Origin: Neovahlkampfia damariscottae | Lineage: Eukaryota | Direction: 5' to 3' | Length of the DNA: 54,823 nt | NCBI GenBank assembly: GCA_016618085.1 | Contig: JABLTG010000139.1 | Span: 1 to 54,823, forward strand | In this document: one piece after another, positions 11,372 to 24,396 of the stretch | Position numbering within the stretch: position 1 is the stretch's first letter | Layout of the letters: each line of letters begins with the position of its first letter | Translations under genes and position numbers: made by a program | The notes under the pieces: model-generated | Databases searched by the model: none | What the model was told of the DNA's origin: nothing | What the model saw: only the letters and a program-made list of their open reading frames with translations

Positions 11372-13254
11372 TTATTCTTTGAAAAGTGAAGAAAATTCTT
11401 TGATCCATTTAACAGCATCTTCTTTGTTAAATCCATTAAAAAATTCTGAAATTTGTTTTTCAACTAATTTCTGAAGAAGAAGACCAACTTGTTTTCCAGG
11501 ATTAATATTCAAAATTTGAGCAATTTCTTTTCCATTCAATAATGGTTTCATTTCAATTAATTTATTCAAACTCAATGATTTGATCACTTCAACAAAAACT
11601 ATCAAAAATTTAATTTTTTTGATTCTTCTCATACCTTCGCATCTTAAAGTTTCAAAATCTTTTTGATAAATGTATTCATCAAATTCAGTCCCTTTTGTGT
11701 TCAAAACACTTGATAACCAAATTGAATATTCCCATAATGAATTAATTTGTCTTAACCAAAGACCAATCTCAATTAAATTATCTTTAATCAAATCATGATA
11801 TATTTTAAATATTTCTTCTTTTGTAGTTTCAAATTTGATTTTATCAATCAAAACAAATTTTTTAATTCCTTTTGAATGATATATTAAATTTGTTACTTCA
11901 CTTGATAATTTCACAGGAAGTTTAAATGAACAAAGAATTAATTTATCAATAAAAAACTTTGTTTCTTCAAAATTTAATGTTTCTGGAATAACAGGTGATA
12001 ATAATGAAAACATTAAAGAACTTGAATGCTCTTTTGAAATTGAATATTTCTTTGCAAGTTTGAACATTATTCTACACCTAAATAATGAATTATTCCATTC
12101 TTTATTTGTCCACACAATAGATTCAGGTTCTAAATAAGGTTTTAATTTCACTTTTGAATTTTAATTATTTATAAATCTTACTTTGTTTTGTAGTGATTTT
12201 TGGAACTGTAAAAACATGTTGTCTCATACCCATTTCATTAATTAAACTAAAACCACCAATTGGATCATTACTTGTTATTATTTTTTCCATTTCTATTCCA
12301 ACTCTTTCCCTTGATAATTTTTGACTGAATGCTTTTTCAACTCTTTCATCTTTTGAACCTTCAATCACTTCATCAGAAACTAAAAAGTTATATCTACAAG
12401 CGAATCTGATTGTTCTTAAAACTCTTAATGGATCATCAACAAATGTTTGTAATGGTTCAAGTGGAGTTCTGATGATACCAAGTTTCAAATCTGAAATTCC
12501 AAAGCCTGTAAAATCTTCAACTTTACCTTCATTTATATTATAAAATAATGAATTAATTGTCAAATCTCTTCTTAAAGCATCTTCTTTTGGTGAACCAAAT
12601 TCCTTTGTTGAAAAAAGTGTTTAGAAATATTTCATTTTACCACTTCAGGAACTCTTGAATCTGAATATTTTTCAGATCTTAAATTAACAAAATCAATTTC
12701 TTGTCCAAATATATGTGTTGTTGCTGTTTCCAAATGTTTTGATTTTTCATTATCTTTTTTCTATTAAATTTGTTAAGTGTTTTTTTTTTTTTTACTATTA
12801 AACCAATTGAACTTGTTGCATAATTATTATCTTCTTGATATTTATGAACTGCAGTTGCAAAATCAATACCCATTAAATTATCTAAAGCGATATCAATATC
12901 TTTTGAATCTTTTCCTAAAAGTTTATCTCTAACCCAACCACCAGCTACTCTTAAAACTGTATTCTTTCCAAGTTGTTTATTGACTTGTAAAAGAAATTTA
13001 AAAAGTCGTTCTTCGAATTGGGTTAAGACTATTTTATCGTGAATATTTCCTTTATGCGTTCCGTAATCAAATCTATATTTATGTAATATATCAAAATTTT
13101 TGGTTTTTATGCTTTCTTTATTCCACTAAAAATTAAATTATTTTTTTATTTTTACTTCTGGATTATGCACACTATCAACCAGCCAATAATTTGTTTTTTG
13201 TGTACTGTATTTTTTTGATGTCAAAGACTTTGCAAATTCTAAATTTTGTTTCAT
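11372..13254 (-). CDS. CCA1: CCA tRNA nucleotidyltransferase (class II)
   Basis: LRVAGGWVRDKLLG...DIDIALD, SKHLETA, DFVNLRSE, RRDLTINSLFYN, DDPLRVLRTIRFA. Four short introns. Confidence 0.95.
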
Positions 13255-13472
13255 TGAGAATTTACTCTTTGTTGATGTTTTGAGTAATGAAAAAATTTTG
13301 GAAAATAATTGGTCTAATTTTAAGAAAATTGTTTTTAATCAATTTCAAAATTGAAGGAAGAAAAATGATAAATACTTTTCCTTTTCTTTTTTCAATTTCC
13401 GTGAAGGTTATAATTGGTTAGATTTTTGGCGAAAATAAACATCATTGGTTCAAACTCTCCACAACAAAAAAC

Positions 13473-13919
13473 ATGAGTCAACAACAACCATTCGAAAAAA
13501 TTGGAAACGCTTTTATTGAATATTATTATCAAGTTTTTGATGCAAATAGATCACAACTTGGACCATTATATCAAGATAATTCTTTGTTGACTTGGGAAGG
13601 AAAACAAATACAAGGAAAAGTTAACATTATTAAACATTTAGAAGCTTTACCGTTTCAAAAAGTACAACATAAACTTACTACTATCGATTGCCAACCTTCA
13701 GTTTCAGGTGGTGTTTTAGGTTTGAAAAAAAAAAAATTAAAACAATCTAGTTTTTGTTTCTGGACAATTAATCGTTTTTTTTATTTTCTCAACTAAATTT
13801 ATTTATAGACTGAAGGTGAACAAAATGCTTTACAATTTTCTCAAATGTTTCATTTGATGAAAGCAGGAGAAAGTAACTTCTACCTCACAAATGACGTTTT
13901 TCGTTTAAATTACGGATAA
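13473..13919 (+). CDS. NTF2: Nuclear transport factor 2
   Basis: IGNAFIEYYYQVFD..R..L..LY...S.LTWEG, DCQP, FSQMFHL, NDVFRLNYG. Introns 13720-13750 and 13774-13808 flank a 23-nt exon. Confidence 0.95.
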
Positions 13920-14035
13920 ACTTTTTTTTTTAATAAATTTATTTTTTTTAAAAAATTTTCAAAAAAATCACAAAATTTTTTTCAATGAAAAAATTGAAAA
14001 ATGATTGGATATTTCTAAGCCAATCAAAAAAACTT

Positions 14036-16774
14036 ATGTCAACGAATTTGTTCAGTGATAACAAACAAACAAAAGATTTCACATCCCTCTTACAATACAT
14101 TTTAGAGTATAGTCAAAATGGAATTGACTCCAAAATTTACGAAGCTTTATGGAAAATGACAGGCGAAAAAGATTTAGCAACTGTATATTTAACTCTAATG
14201 TTGGGAAAATTAACATTAATGACTGATAATTATACAGATTTTACAACAGAAAATGCTACTCAAGAATTAAATGAAAAAAGTTTTGAAGAAGTAAGAAACA
14301 AAAAAAAACTAAAAAACAAGGTCATAAATGAGTTGAGATTAGTTTCACATAAAGAGAATGATTCACATCCACTTCTTTTAGGAAGAAAAGAAAATATTAA
14401 AAAAAAATTTGAAGACTTTTTGGATTTATTTTCAGACGAAGCAAATCTTTCACCACAACAAAATTTTAATAGAGGTGCTTTAGAAAATAGTATTTTATAT
14501 GTTGCAATGTTTTATCGTTTTGATCCATCAAATCCAGCTTTACTTTTTAGTTTAGATAAATATTTAGAAAAGAATATGAAAAGTAGAAGTTTTATAGCAA
14601 AAGAAATTAAACAAGCAATTTGTCCACCTGTTGATGTTTTATATAAATATATTCAACAAGTTTCAAGTTCAAAAACTGTTCAATTTGGTGAAAGTTTATC
14701 ACCAACTTTTTCATCATTTTCAGCTTTAAATAGTAATTCATATATTTTTTTTTTAAACATTTTTAAAAAGATATACCTTCATTTTCATATGTTAGATTAC
14801 AAACCATTGCAAGAATACCAAAATATACAGATTATTTATTAAGTGAAATAATTCAAGTTTTACTCAACAAAAGAGATGTTAAAAGTTGTTTATTATTTTT
14901 ATCGTTATTTTTACCACAAATTTATTTAACAAAGAGTCATGAACTTTTAGGAAAATTAATTCAAGCTTTAAAACCATTTTATTTAGAACCAAAACCAGTT
15001 GGTGAACTTGCTCAAACATGTTTAAAATCAATTAAAAGAGAAATTGAAAATCCAGGTATTTTATCAAGAGAAAGATTTGAAACCAGTCTTTGTAAACCAA
15101 AAGAATCAAACAAATTTGAACAACGAATAGTTCATGTTTTATTTAATCCTTCTTCAAATAATAGTCAAACTATAAATAAATTAGGACTTGAAACTGAAAT
15201 TAATGAAGATGAAATTAAAAACTCAAAAGCAAATTTAATTTTAAATGTTTTTGAAGCAATGGAACAAGATGATTCTCAAGATTTATTAAATAAATCAATC
15301 GAAGTTTTATCAAATTATTATGAAAAAGTTTCAGATGCGACCAATGGAAAATCACCAAATAAAGATGCTTTAAGTAAAATTAAAAAAAAATATTAAAAAA
15401 AAAAAAAAGTTAAAATTAAACAAGAAATACTTGAAGATAAAACAGAAGGTACAAAATATTGTATTCGTATGAGATCACCAAAAGTACCACCAATCACTTT
15501 TAAAATTCATACTTTACCTTATGAAGAAGATTTAAAAAAAGTCCCAAAATTTCAAAACTCAACTCAATACAAAGTTGATCCAATTTCATCAATTCAGCCG
15601 ATAATTGAAGATATTGTTAATGAAATTAAAAAAAACCAAATTGGAGAATTAAATTTAATGGTAGCGGGTGGCTCAGGTACTTTACAACATGTCGCACATA
15701 GTTTAGATGTTTTAGTTAAATTAAAGAAACAATTACTTGAAAAATTAGATATTAAATTATCAATTTTACCTTTAGGAGTAAATAACTATCTTCCAGTTTG
15801 GATGTCAAATCAAGATGCTTGGTATAGTCGTCATTTATTTTATCCAAGTAAAAAAAAAAAAAAATTAATATTCTTATAGTTATAACTTTACTTCCTGTTT
15901 ATCCACTTCAAGATGGTTTACAAACAAGTTTTCCTTCAAAAGTTTATAATCAAAAAGGAAAAAAATTAATTCGTACAACAGTTGAACCTGTAACACTTTC
16001 ATCATACCAATTCCCAAGGGGTTATTTAACACCACATCATTATTATAAGAGTTTAATTTCAGATTATCTTATTGACGCAAAAAATTCAATTCCTTGTAAA
16101 ACTGGAAAAAAAAAAAACTAAAACTTTTGAACAGTGCATGTTTATTCAGTTCAGTGTTTAAGTTATGAACTTGAAGAAGATAAAAAACATGGTCAAATGA
16201 AAGGAAATAAAATCAAAGAATATGTTGCAGTTAGATTTTGTCAAAGAATTCATATTGGAGTTAGAGCAGAAGCTTTATCTTTTAAAAAAACAAATAATAT
16301 TGTTGATATGTCAGTTGATGATATTAAAAATAGTAAAACATTCTCATTTTCAAAAGTACCTACAACTTTTGAATATGAAGGAGCAGATCATTTTGCATCA
16401 AAAACATTTGCACAAGTCAAAGTTGAGCCAAAAGTGTAAGAAGAAAGATTTTAATTTCATATTTCTTTAGTTATTCTTCAATTGATATTACATCAACTGG
16501 AAAATCTGGTGATGGTTCTTGTTATGGAAATCCATCAGATAACTTTCTTGAAGTTTTTTGTGTTGAAGATCCAACTACAATTAAAAAGAAAAAAAAAACA
16601 ACACAACCTGATCAAGCTACTCAAATTCATATCAAAAGTTTAACTATTTCATCTTCTTCAAGTGCTAGATTTCCGATTATATTAGATGGTGAAATTTATG
16701 GTCCTTTCCATAAAATTATTATTGAAACAACAAAGGCTTTAAAAGTTGATGTTCCTTGCTTTGAAAAATTATAA
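14036..16774 (+). CDS. Putative PI3K-gamma regulatory subunit p101/p84-like protein (PACS/DAGK-like C-terminal fold)
   Basis: About six short introns join the ORFs. LKPFYLEPKPVGELAQTCLKSIKREIENPGI resembles the p101 N-terminal helical motif. VAGGSGT...ILPLG...DAWY and a C-terminal ILDGEIYGP follow. Confidence 0.55.
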
Positions 16775-16850
16775 AAAAAAAAATAAACTCTCTTTTCCGT
16801 TTCATTCATGTATAACTGTTTTAGTAAATATAAAGTTTTATTGTTTCATC

Positions 16851-18298
16851 TTATTCTTCTTCGACTTGTTGTTGTTCTTCTTGAGGTACTTCTTCTTGAA
16901 TTTGTTGTTCTTCTTGAGCCATTGGTTCTTCCACTTCTTCTTGTTGAGATTCTTCTTCTTGTTTTTGTTGAATTTGTTCTTCTTCTTCTTGTTTTTTTTC
17001 TTCAATAACAGTAACATTTTCAATTTTCTTTTGACCTTTTTTTTTTCCATATTTTGCATAAATAGCACTAATGTCTTTTTCTTGGTCATCTGTTAAAGCT
17101 GATCTATCAGGGAAGAAATCAATATCTAAACAAATATCTCTTTCAACTTTTTTAATATCTTCTGGTTTTTGTGTTGTTTCAAAAAATATTTCCATATAAA
17201 AATCATCTGAAACAATTTTACTTTTCTTATCATTCCAAACTTTATCAAGTTGTGCTTTTGTTAATTTTTGATAATTATCTTCAACAAAAAATGTGTTCAA
17301 CCAGAATTTAAAAGGTGTTTTCTAAATTATTTTTAATTTCATTTTTTTTTTAAGACTTACTCCTCCTTTATCTCTGACTTCAAAATGAACGTCACCTTCA
17401 AGATCAGGACATTTATCAAAATTTTCAACCAAAACTGATTGTTTATCTTTAAAGTTATTTCTTTCTGTAACTTCTTGATGATTATAAATAACTTTTCCAT
17501 CTTTTCTAATTTTTAAAGAAAAACTGAGACCTCCTTTTGGTGTTTTGTTCATTGTTATTTTTTTAATTTTAAGTTTTTGACCTCTATATGGCTCAATACC
17601 ACCATATTCATTAATAGCTTTTCCAAAATATTCTACATAACGTCTTTGACTTGGAATATTAACACCTTTTAAATCTCTTGTTCTTTCAACAGCATAATAA
17701 TCCATAGCATCTTCAGCTAATGGTTTAAATCCAGCATATATCAAAACACAACAAATCATTAAACCAGTTCTTCCTTTACCAGCTTTACAATGAATAACAA
17801 CAATATTTTCATCATTTTTTCTTAACCAATCTAATACGTGAATACACATTTTTTCAATTTTATGAAATGGTGGTGCTTGATGATCTTCAAAACCAAAATC
17901 AACACAAACTCTATTTTTAAATAAATCATGTGGATAATCATTTTCTCTTCCTTCACATAAATTATACAAATAATATGAATCCTTTTTTTTTTTTTAGAAA
18001 AATATTATTCTTACCGGATGACGTGTATCTAAAAAAAAAGCAACTTCTTCTTTTGGGTTACGAATCATTGCTTCACTTCCACTACTTGGCATACCAGTTG
18101 CTATAATTCTTTGGGTGATATCTATTTGTCAAAAAAAATGTTTTAAAGTTTACAAGTTAAATCAAGATCAAAACCATCTCCTTGAAACCTTTTTTTTTTC
18201 AAAGAAACTTTTTGTCTAATAGTTCTCATAACTGAATCAGTTTTTGATGGTGTGTAAGGAATTTTTCCACCGCTTCCATCGAAAGATTTTCTTGACAT
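16851..18298 (-). CDS. PTEN: PTEN phosphoinositide 3-phosphatase
   Basis: KKRFQGDGFDLDLTYIT.RIIA, YNLC, DHQAP, HCKAGKGRTG, IPSQRRYV, C2 domain with FWLNTFF, acidic tail. Three introns. Confidence 0.96.
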
Positions 18299-18674
18299 CC
18301 GTTAGAAAAGTGTTAATTTGGTGAGGGTTTTGATTGGTCCTTAGGAAAATTTAGAACCAATAAAACACCTTAAAAATTTAACCATGACCTTTTTGTTGAA
18401 TTATAAAGGTGAGGGAAACGTAAATACAATTTTGCACGTCACTTTGGGAAAGGAGGTTAATCAAAATGGAACCTGATTGGTTGCTTTAAATAAATATCAT
18501 TGGGTGATTCCAGCGCGCCTTCAGTAAACAACATGGTAGAAGTAAAAACACTACAAACGATAGTTGTTTGAAACGGTTAAAAAAATAAAAAAATTGAAAG
18601 CTTTTGATTGGATCTTTAAATCGAATTTAATATGATTGGTCCGCTAAAAAAATCTTCATCAACGTTCACCTACA

Positions 18675-21600
18675 ATGTCCGCAAAAGTTTTCAGTGCGTT
18701 TCTCGTCTTCGGTGCTCTTGCGTTGGTAGCTTTAACAGGTTTTTTAACCTTTAAACCAACAGGTGTCAAAAAGTCAACATCAAATGACTTCTCAGATATT
18801 GATGAAACTTATGTTGAAAAAAAATGTCTTCAAAAAGACTTTTCTTCATTTCTTGGAGTTTGCAACAAGTAAATAAAATTAAACTAAAGTTAATTATTTT
18901 AATAGAAACAAACTCTGTAAACCAGGTTTATATTGTAGCTCAAGAGGAGTTTGCCTCAAAGAAAAAGTTCTTGGTTCAGTATGCTCAAGAGACACAGAAT
19001 GTTCAAGAAGTAACTTTAACTCTGTTAAATGTATTCTTGGTACATGTGGTGTTGTTCGTGGTGAAGGTGAAACTTGTGAAATCAATGACAGATGTTCAAG
19101 TGGATATTGTTCAAAAGGAAAATGTCAAGCAAATGGACATCATTCAAGTTATTCATCAGATGTTTTGAACACAAACTATTGTTCAAATTACTTAAACAGC
19201 CTCAACTTGGTAAAGTCATGTATGCTCAAGAATTGTGGTAATGATGGAACTTCATTTGGATATTTCATTGATACAACTGAAACATGTCCAGTCAAAAAAT
19301 GTTCTATTTATATTAATGCTATGAAAACTGCTGCTTTTGAAGAATTTTCAACTAAATTTGATGAACAAGGAGAAGTTATTTCAACAAAAAAATTACAACC
19401 TGCTACTATTGCTCTTGAAAAAATTAACCCATCACTTGATATTAAATCAGGTTGTCAAAGTTCACAAGTTGAAAAAGCTGAATTTGGTATCTCTGGATCT
19501 GATATTTATATTACTTTTACAAATCCATTAGATACTTCTGCTTTCAGTGCATGTTCTAATATTGGAAACGTTTTTACAAATGTTACTACTTTAGGTACAG
19601 GAAGTACATGTTCATTTCCAAATGCAAAACAATTACGTATTGTTTTAGGAACATCACCTTCAATTAAACCTCAAAATAGTTTATCTTTCAAAAATGTCCT
19701 TACAGTTAAAGATGGTTGTAGTTCAACAATTTCTGGTTCAGTTTCTATTTCATCAAATGCAGAAGCTGTTGCACCAATTATTTCACTTGTTGCTCCTGCT
19801 AAAATTACAACTTGTGATAGTTTATCAATTTCAGCTTCAGGTACAACTGGTTCTGGACAATTAAGTTATGAATGGACTTTAGATACATCAGGAAATTACA
19901 TTTCATCATCAGGTATCAGTAATTATCTTGTTGGTTTATCAAAAAGTGTCAATTCTATTCAAATCTCAACATCTTTACTCAAAGCTGCTGTCTTTGGAAA
20001 ATTAAAAATTGACTTGACTGTCATCGATTATTTTGGTCAAGTTTCAAATTCCTCAGCAATTGTTGAATTAAGTTCAAATACAAATGATCCTCAAGTTTAT
20101 TTATCACTTCCATCAAAAAATGAAATTATCAGAAACAATGGTTTTACTTTATCAAGCTCACTTATAAAATCATCTTGCCTTTCTGGAACACCAACAAATG
20201 TTTATTCATGGAAAGTAACACCTGCTGTTACAACTACAACAAGTGGAGGATCAATTACAGTACCAAAATATACTCTTGTTGAAGGAACAACTTACACATT
20301 CACTTTAGATGTTTCAGTTCAACAAAATGGTGTAGAAATCGGAAATTCAACTTCAACTGCTGTACTTACAGCTGTAGCTCCACCTGTAATTGCTTCAATA
20401 GCTGGACAATCACCAGAAGGTATCTCAAGTGTTTCAAGTTTATCTGTTGATGCTTCAGGTTCAAGTGATCCAAATATTGATGGTGGTGTTAATACTCAAG
20501 CTACGTTTGCATGGACTTGTTGTTCACTCAATACTACAACAGGTGTTTGTAATACACAACAATGTTTGACTACATTTTCAACACTTTCACAATTCACTGG
20601 TAAAACTTATACACAAGCTTCACCACTTACAGCTGGTAAATTCGTTTTTACTGTTACATATACTGCTGGTCAAAGATCCGCTAAAGCTTCAAAAACTGTT
20701 GTTATTTCTCCTGGCAATTTATTTGTTACTCTTGAATCAATAAGTAGAGGACGTTATACATTTTCAACAAATGTTGCGACACCAACATGGTCAGCTGAAG
20801 TTGAATCAGGAAATTTCACAATTAGATCATATTCAGGTTCAAAATTCATTGTTGATGTTCCAAGAACTGGAATTTTAATTTCAGGTGCTTTGAAAGTTTC
20901 TGCCACATCATCTGGTCAAGAAGCATCATTAGAAGTTCCTATTGAAAAACCAACAGCTCCATTTGGAGGTAGCATTAGACTTCTCTTTATTAATGGTACA
21001 ACTTCACCAAATCAAATTCAAACAGGTGAAAACTACATTTTTGAAGCTACTGGATGGAAAGGTTCAGGAGATTTATATTATGAATTTTTTGGTACTTTAG
21101 TAGGTGCACAATCATTTTCAACATCCAACAAATTTTCATGCTCAGGATTTGCTGTTTCTACTGACACAGCATCATCAATTAAAGCTACTATTAGTGTTTA
21201 TTCAAAAATTTATGAAGAATATATTTCAACTGAACAAATACTTACAGTTACAGTTCTTAGATACGTTCTTCCAGCTGGAAAGAATTATGCACAAGCTGCA
21301 AATGAAACATTATCAAATCTTGATGCTTTAACAAACTCAGGAGATACTACAGGTGCTTTACAAGCAGTTGGACAATCACTAAATATTTTACAAATCTCAT
21401 CTGGAACAACAGGAACAACTGAAAGAAAACAAATTAAAGAACAAATATCAAAAGGACTTGAAACACTTCTTACAAAAGCAACAACAATTTCAGAAAGTAC
21501 AAAATTAACTGTTGTTGATCTTACAGAAACACTTGTAGCTACAGCAACAGAATATACAGCAGAAGTTAAAAAAAATGTTATTTCTGGTTTAGTTACACTC

Positions 21601-22512
21601 TTTTCAACTGTTACATCATCATTTTCAGGAAATACAAAAGTTATGAATGTTATTGAAAAATTAGTTACATTAACAGCTGTTTCACTTGATTCTAACCAAG
21701 ATATTCAATCAACTGAAAGTTTATCACAAACAGAAGTTGCTCAAATTAAATCAATTCTCAGAGGTGTTGCAAGATCATCAGCACTTGCAATTACAGACTT
21801 TACTGCACCAGGAACAAAAATTGATTCAACTTCAATTAAAATGCAAGTTAATAGATTCGCATTTAGTGTATCAACAACAGAATTAACTTTATTATCTGAT
21901 AATTCAGTTAAATTCCATGCACCATCTGGAATTGTAACAAGTGCTGTCAATGTAATTGACTTATATACAATGAAATTCCCAGCATCACTTTTTCCATATG
22001 TTACATCACTCACTAATGAAAATATTTCAACACCAATTATTGCATTTGAACTTTACAATGGTGATACTGGAAACAAAATTGCTGTAGTCAATAATCCATC
22101 AAAAATTTTATTTACTATTGACTCAACAAGTGTAAAATCAAATTCAAACTGTCGTTATATTAATGAAGCTACAACAAGATGGGATGCAACTGGAGTTAAT
22201 ATTACAACAGCAAATGCAGGTACTTCAGTAGTTTGTGATACAACTCATTTAACAGATTTTGCTGGATTTGATGTTCCACAAAGTAATCCAACAACACCAA
22301 CACAACCAAATACACCAAGTGATAGTGATTGGACTTCATATCTTGCACTTCTTTTGTTACTCATTCCAATTGGAGTTATTGTTTTAATTCTTGTTGTTGT
22401 CGCAATTGGAGCTGTTGTATTTGTTGCAACAACTCTCATCAAAAAGAATAAATCAGAAAGTGTACCATTAAATACTCAAGCTGCAATTGGTCTTGAAGAT
22501 CTTGGAATTTAA
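18675..22512 (+). CDS. Large surface protein: Cys-rich N-terminus, REJ-like region, GAIN/GPS, single C-terminal TM
   Basis: Intron 18869-18905 joins the hydrophobic N-terminus to Cys-rich repeats. VDASGSSDPN and Y.W motifs are REJ/PKD-like. GPS C.Y...W...G...C...HLTDFA, then one long TM. Confidence 0.8.
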
Positions 22513-22600
22513 TTTAATTATTTAAAACTAAAATTTTTCATTTTTTAAATTTTCTTATTTTTATTGGTCAATCATTTTGATTTGTCATTCAAATTTACTC

Positions 22601-23341
22601 ATGAAAAAACTTACAAGACGTCAGCATATTGATTTCTTAGAACCAACAAAAAATGATGATGGATATGAATTTGTTGATTTAAAAGCTGAAAAACCTGCTT
22701 TTGGAGAAAGAGAAAATTTGTTTCAAAAAATTAAAAGAAGAATTTCGAATTTTGAACTGAATAGATCAGTAAGTGATTATAATATTAATTAAAATATTTA
22801 GAATACCATAATTCTTTCTATATTTATCACTTTTTCTGTTCTTTTTTTGTTTTCAATTTTTTTAGTTCAAAAGAGAAACGTACTTCGTTCTGAAATGTTT
22901 CAAAATGAAAATCTTCCTATAAAAAGAATACCTGTAGAAATAAAAAGAGGAAAATGGAAACCTTCAAATGAACCAACTTTAGATTTTGATGATGGATCAT
23001 CAACAATTATTAAAGAAAACAAAATGTCAAAAAAACCAAAAAAAAAACAAAAAAAGAATAAAAAACAAACTAAAATTTTGAAATCTGAAAAGAAACCAAA
23101 AATTGAAAAGATTCATGCATCAAAAGAATATCAACAAAAAATATTAAACAAAAAAAAGAAGCAATTAAAAAAATTGGAGAAAATGGAAAAAGAATTAGGT
23201 CAACAATATCAAAAGAAACAAAATAGAATAAATAATCAATTTGAAAAAGATGATGAAAATATGTATACAGATGATGAAGAAAGATCATCAAGTGAGAAAG
23301 CAAGATCATTAAATTTAGATGATGATGATGATGATTATTAG
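22601..23341 (+). CDS. Hypothetical single-TM protein with Lys-rich/acidic tail
   Basis: Intron 22770-22801 joins two ORFs in frame. Hydrophobic segment IILSIFITFSVLFLFSIFLV. Confidence 0.65.
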
Positions 23342-24127
23342 TATTTAAATCTAATGATTAAAGTTTTGATTTTATTTTCTTTTTTTCACTGACTTTCCTC
23401 CAAATTAAATTAAACCAATAAAATTGTAAAATCATAATTGAAATCCAAGCAACTATTTTTTAGAGTTCGAAGATCAAATCTTACCATATATTATTTTTGG
23501 TAATTTTTTGATAAATTCAGGTTTTTTTAAAATTAATTGAATTGAAAGAATCGGTAAATTTACGACTCTCAAAATGAAAAATAAAATAGCGAATGAATAT
23601 GAAGCGAATTTATAAATTTTGTTATTTTGATCAACTCCAAATTCTTTTAAAATCATAGAAATATCTAACATAATCGTACTTCCTTCTGCAATAACAAAAT
23701 ATGGAAGCCAATTTAATATTTCTTGATTTAATGCAAAAATTAATAATAAGATACCAAATAAATGATGTATAATATCAGTTTTCTTTTCTTTTATTATATT
23801 AAAAGAAGAATAAAAATCATAAATAAAATAACCAATCATTGATACATTTAAATTTCGATTGTGTTCGAAGTTTTCTTTTTTTTCTTTTCTTTTTTTTAAA
23901 ATTTGTTTTAAACTTTGATAAGTGACTATGGATGCATTTATCAAAGATAGAGTGTATGAAATTATTTGATTTTTTGACTCTTGTGAAAGTTTTTGAAATG
24001 TTTTTCTTTTGTTCAAAAATGATAATAATTGTTTTTCTGTGAAATGATAAGTACTCAGTACACCTGATAAATATAGAGTATTTTCAATTATCTTTTTAAA
24101 TAATTTTCGTTTTTTATTCTCTTCCAT
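23338..24127 (-). CDS. TLC (TRAM/LAG1/CLN8) domain membrane protein
   Basis: GYFIYD, IIHH, E.ST, FFILRV, QFYWF. One clear intron near 23451-23485. Exact 3' end ambiguous. Confidence 0.85.
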
Positions 24128-24396
24128 TTTTTTGTTGGGTTTTTTCAACTTGTTAAAAGTTGAACGTTAGCTTTGGATTGGTTGAACCAATTAAATTGAT
24201 TTGAGCAATGGAATAAGTTTTAAAGGATGAGACAAAGTTGAAAAGTATAAAATATCTAAGAATTGTACGTCAAATTCCTTCAAGAAATTAAATTTAAAAT
24301 TAAAAGACACCACAGAAGACAGTTGCTGTAGAGCAAAAACAACCAATGAAAAATTGAGGGAAGACAATCCAAACGTTCTTCAAAAACTATCATTTT

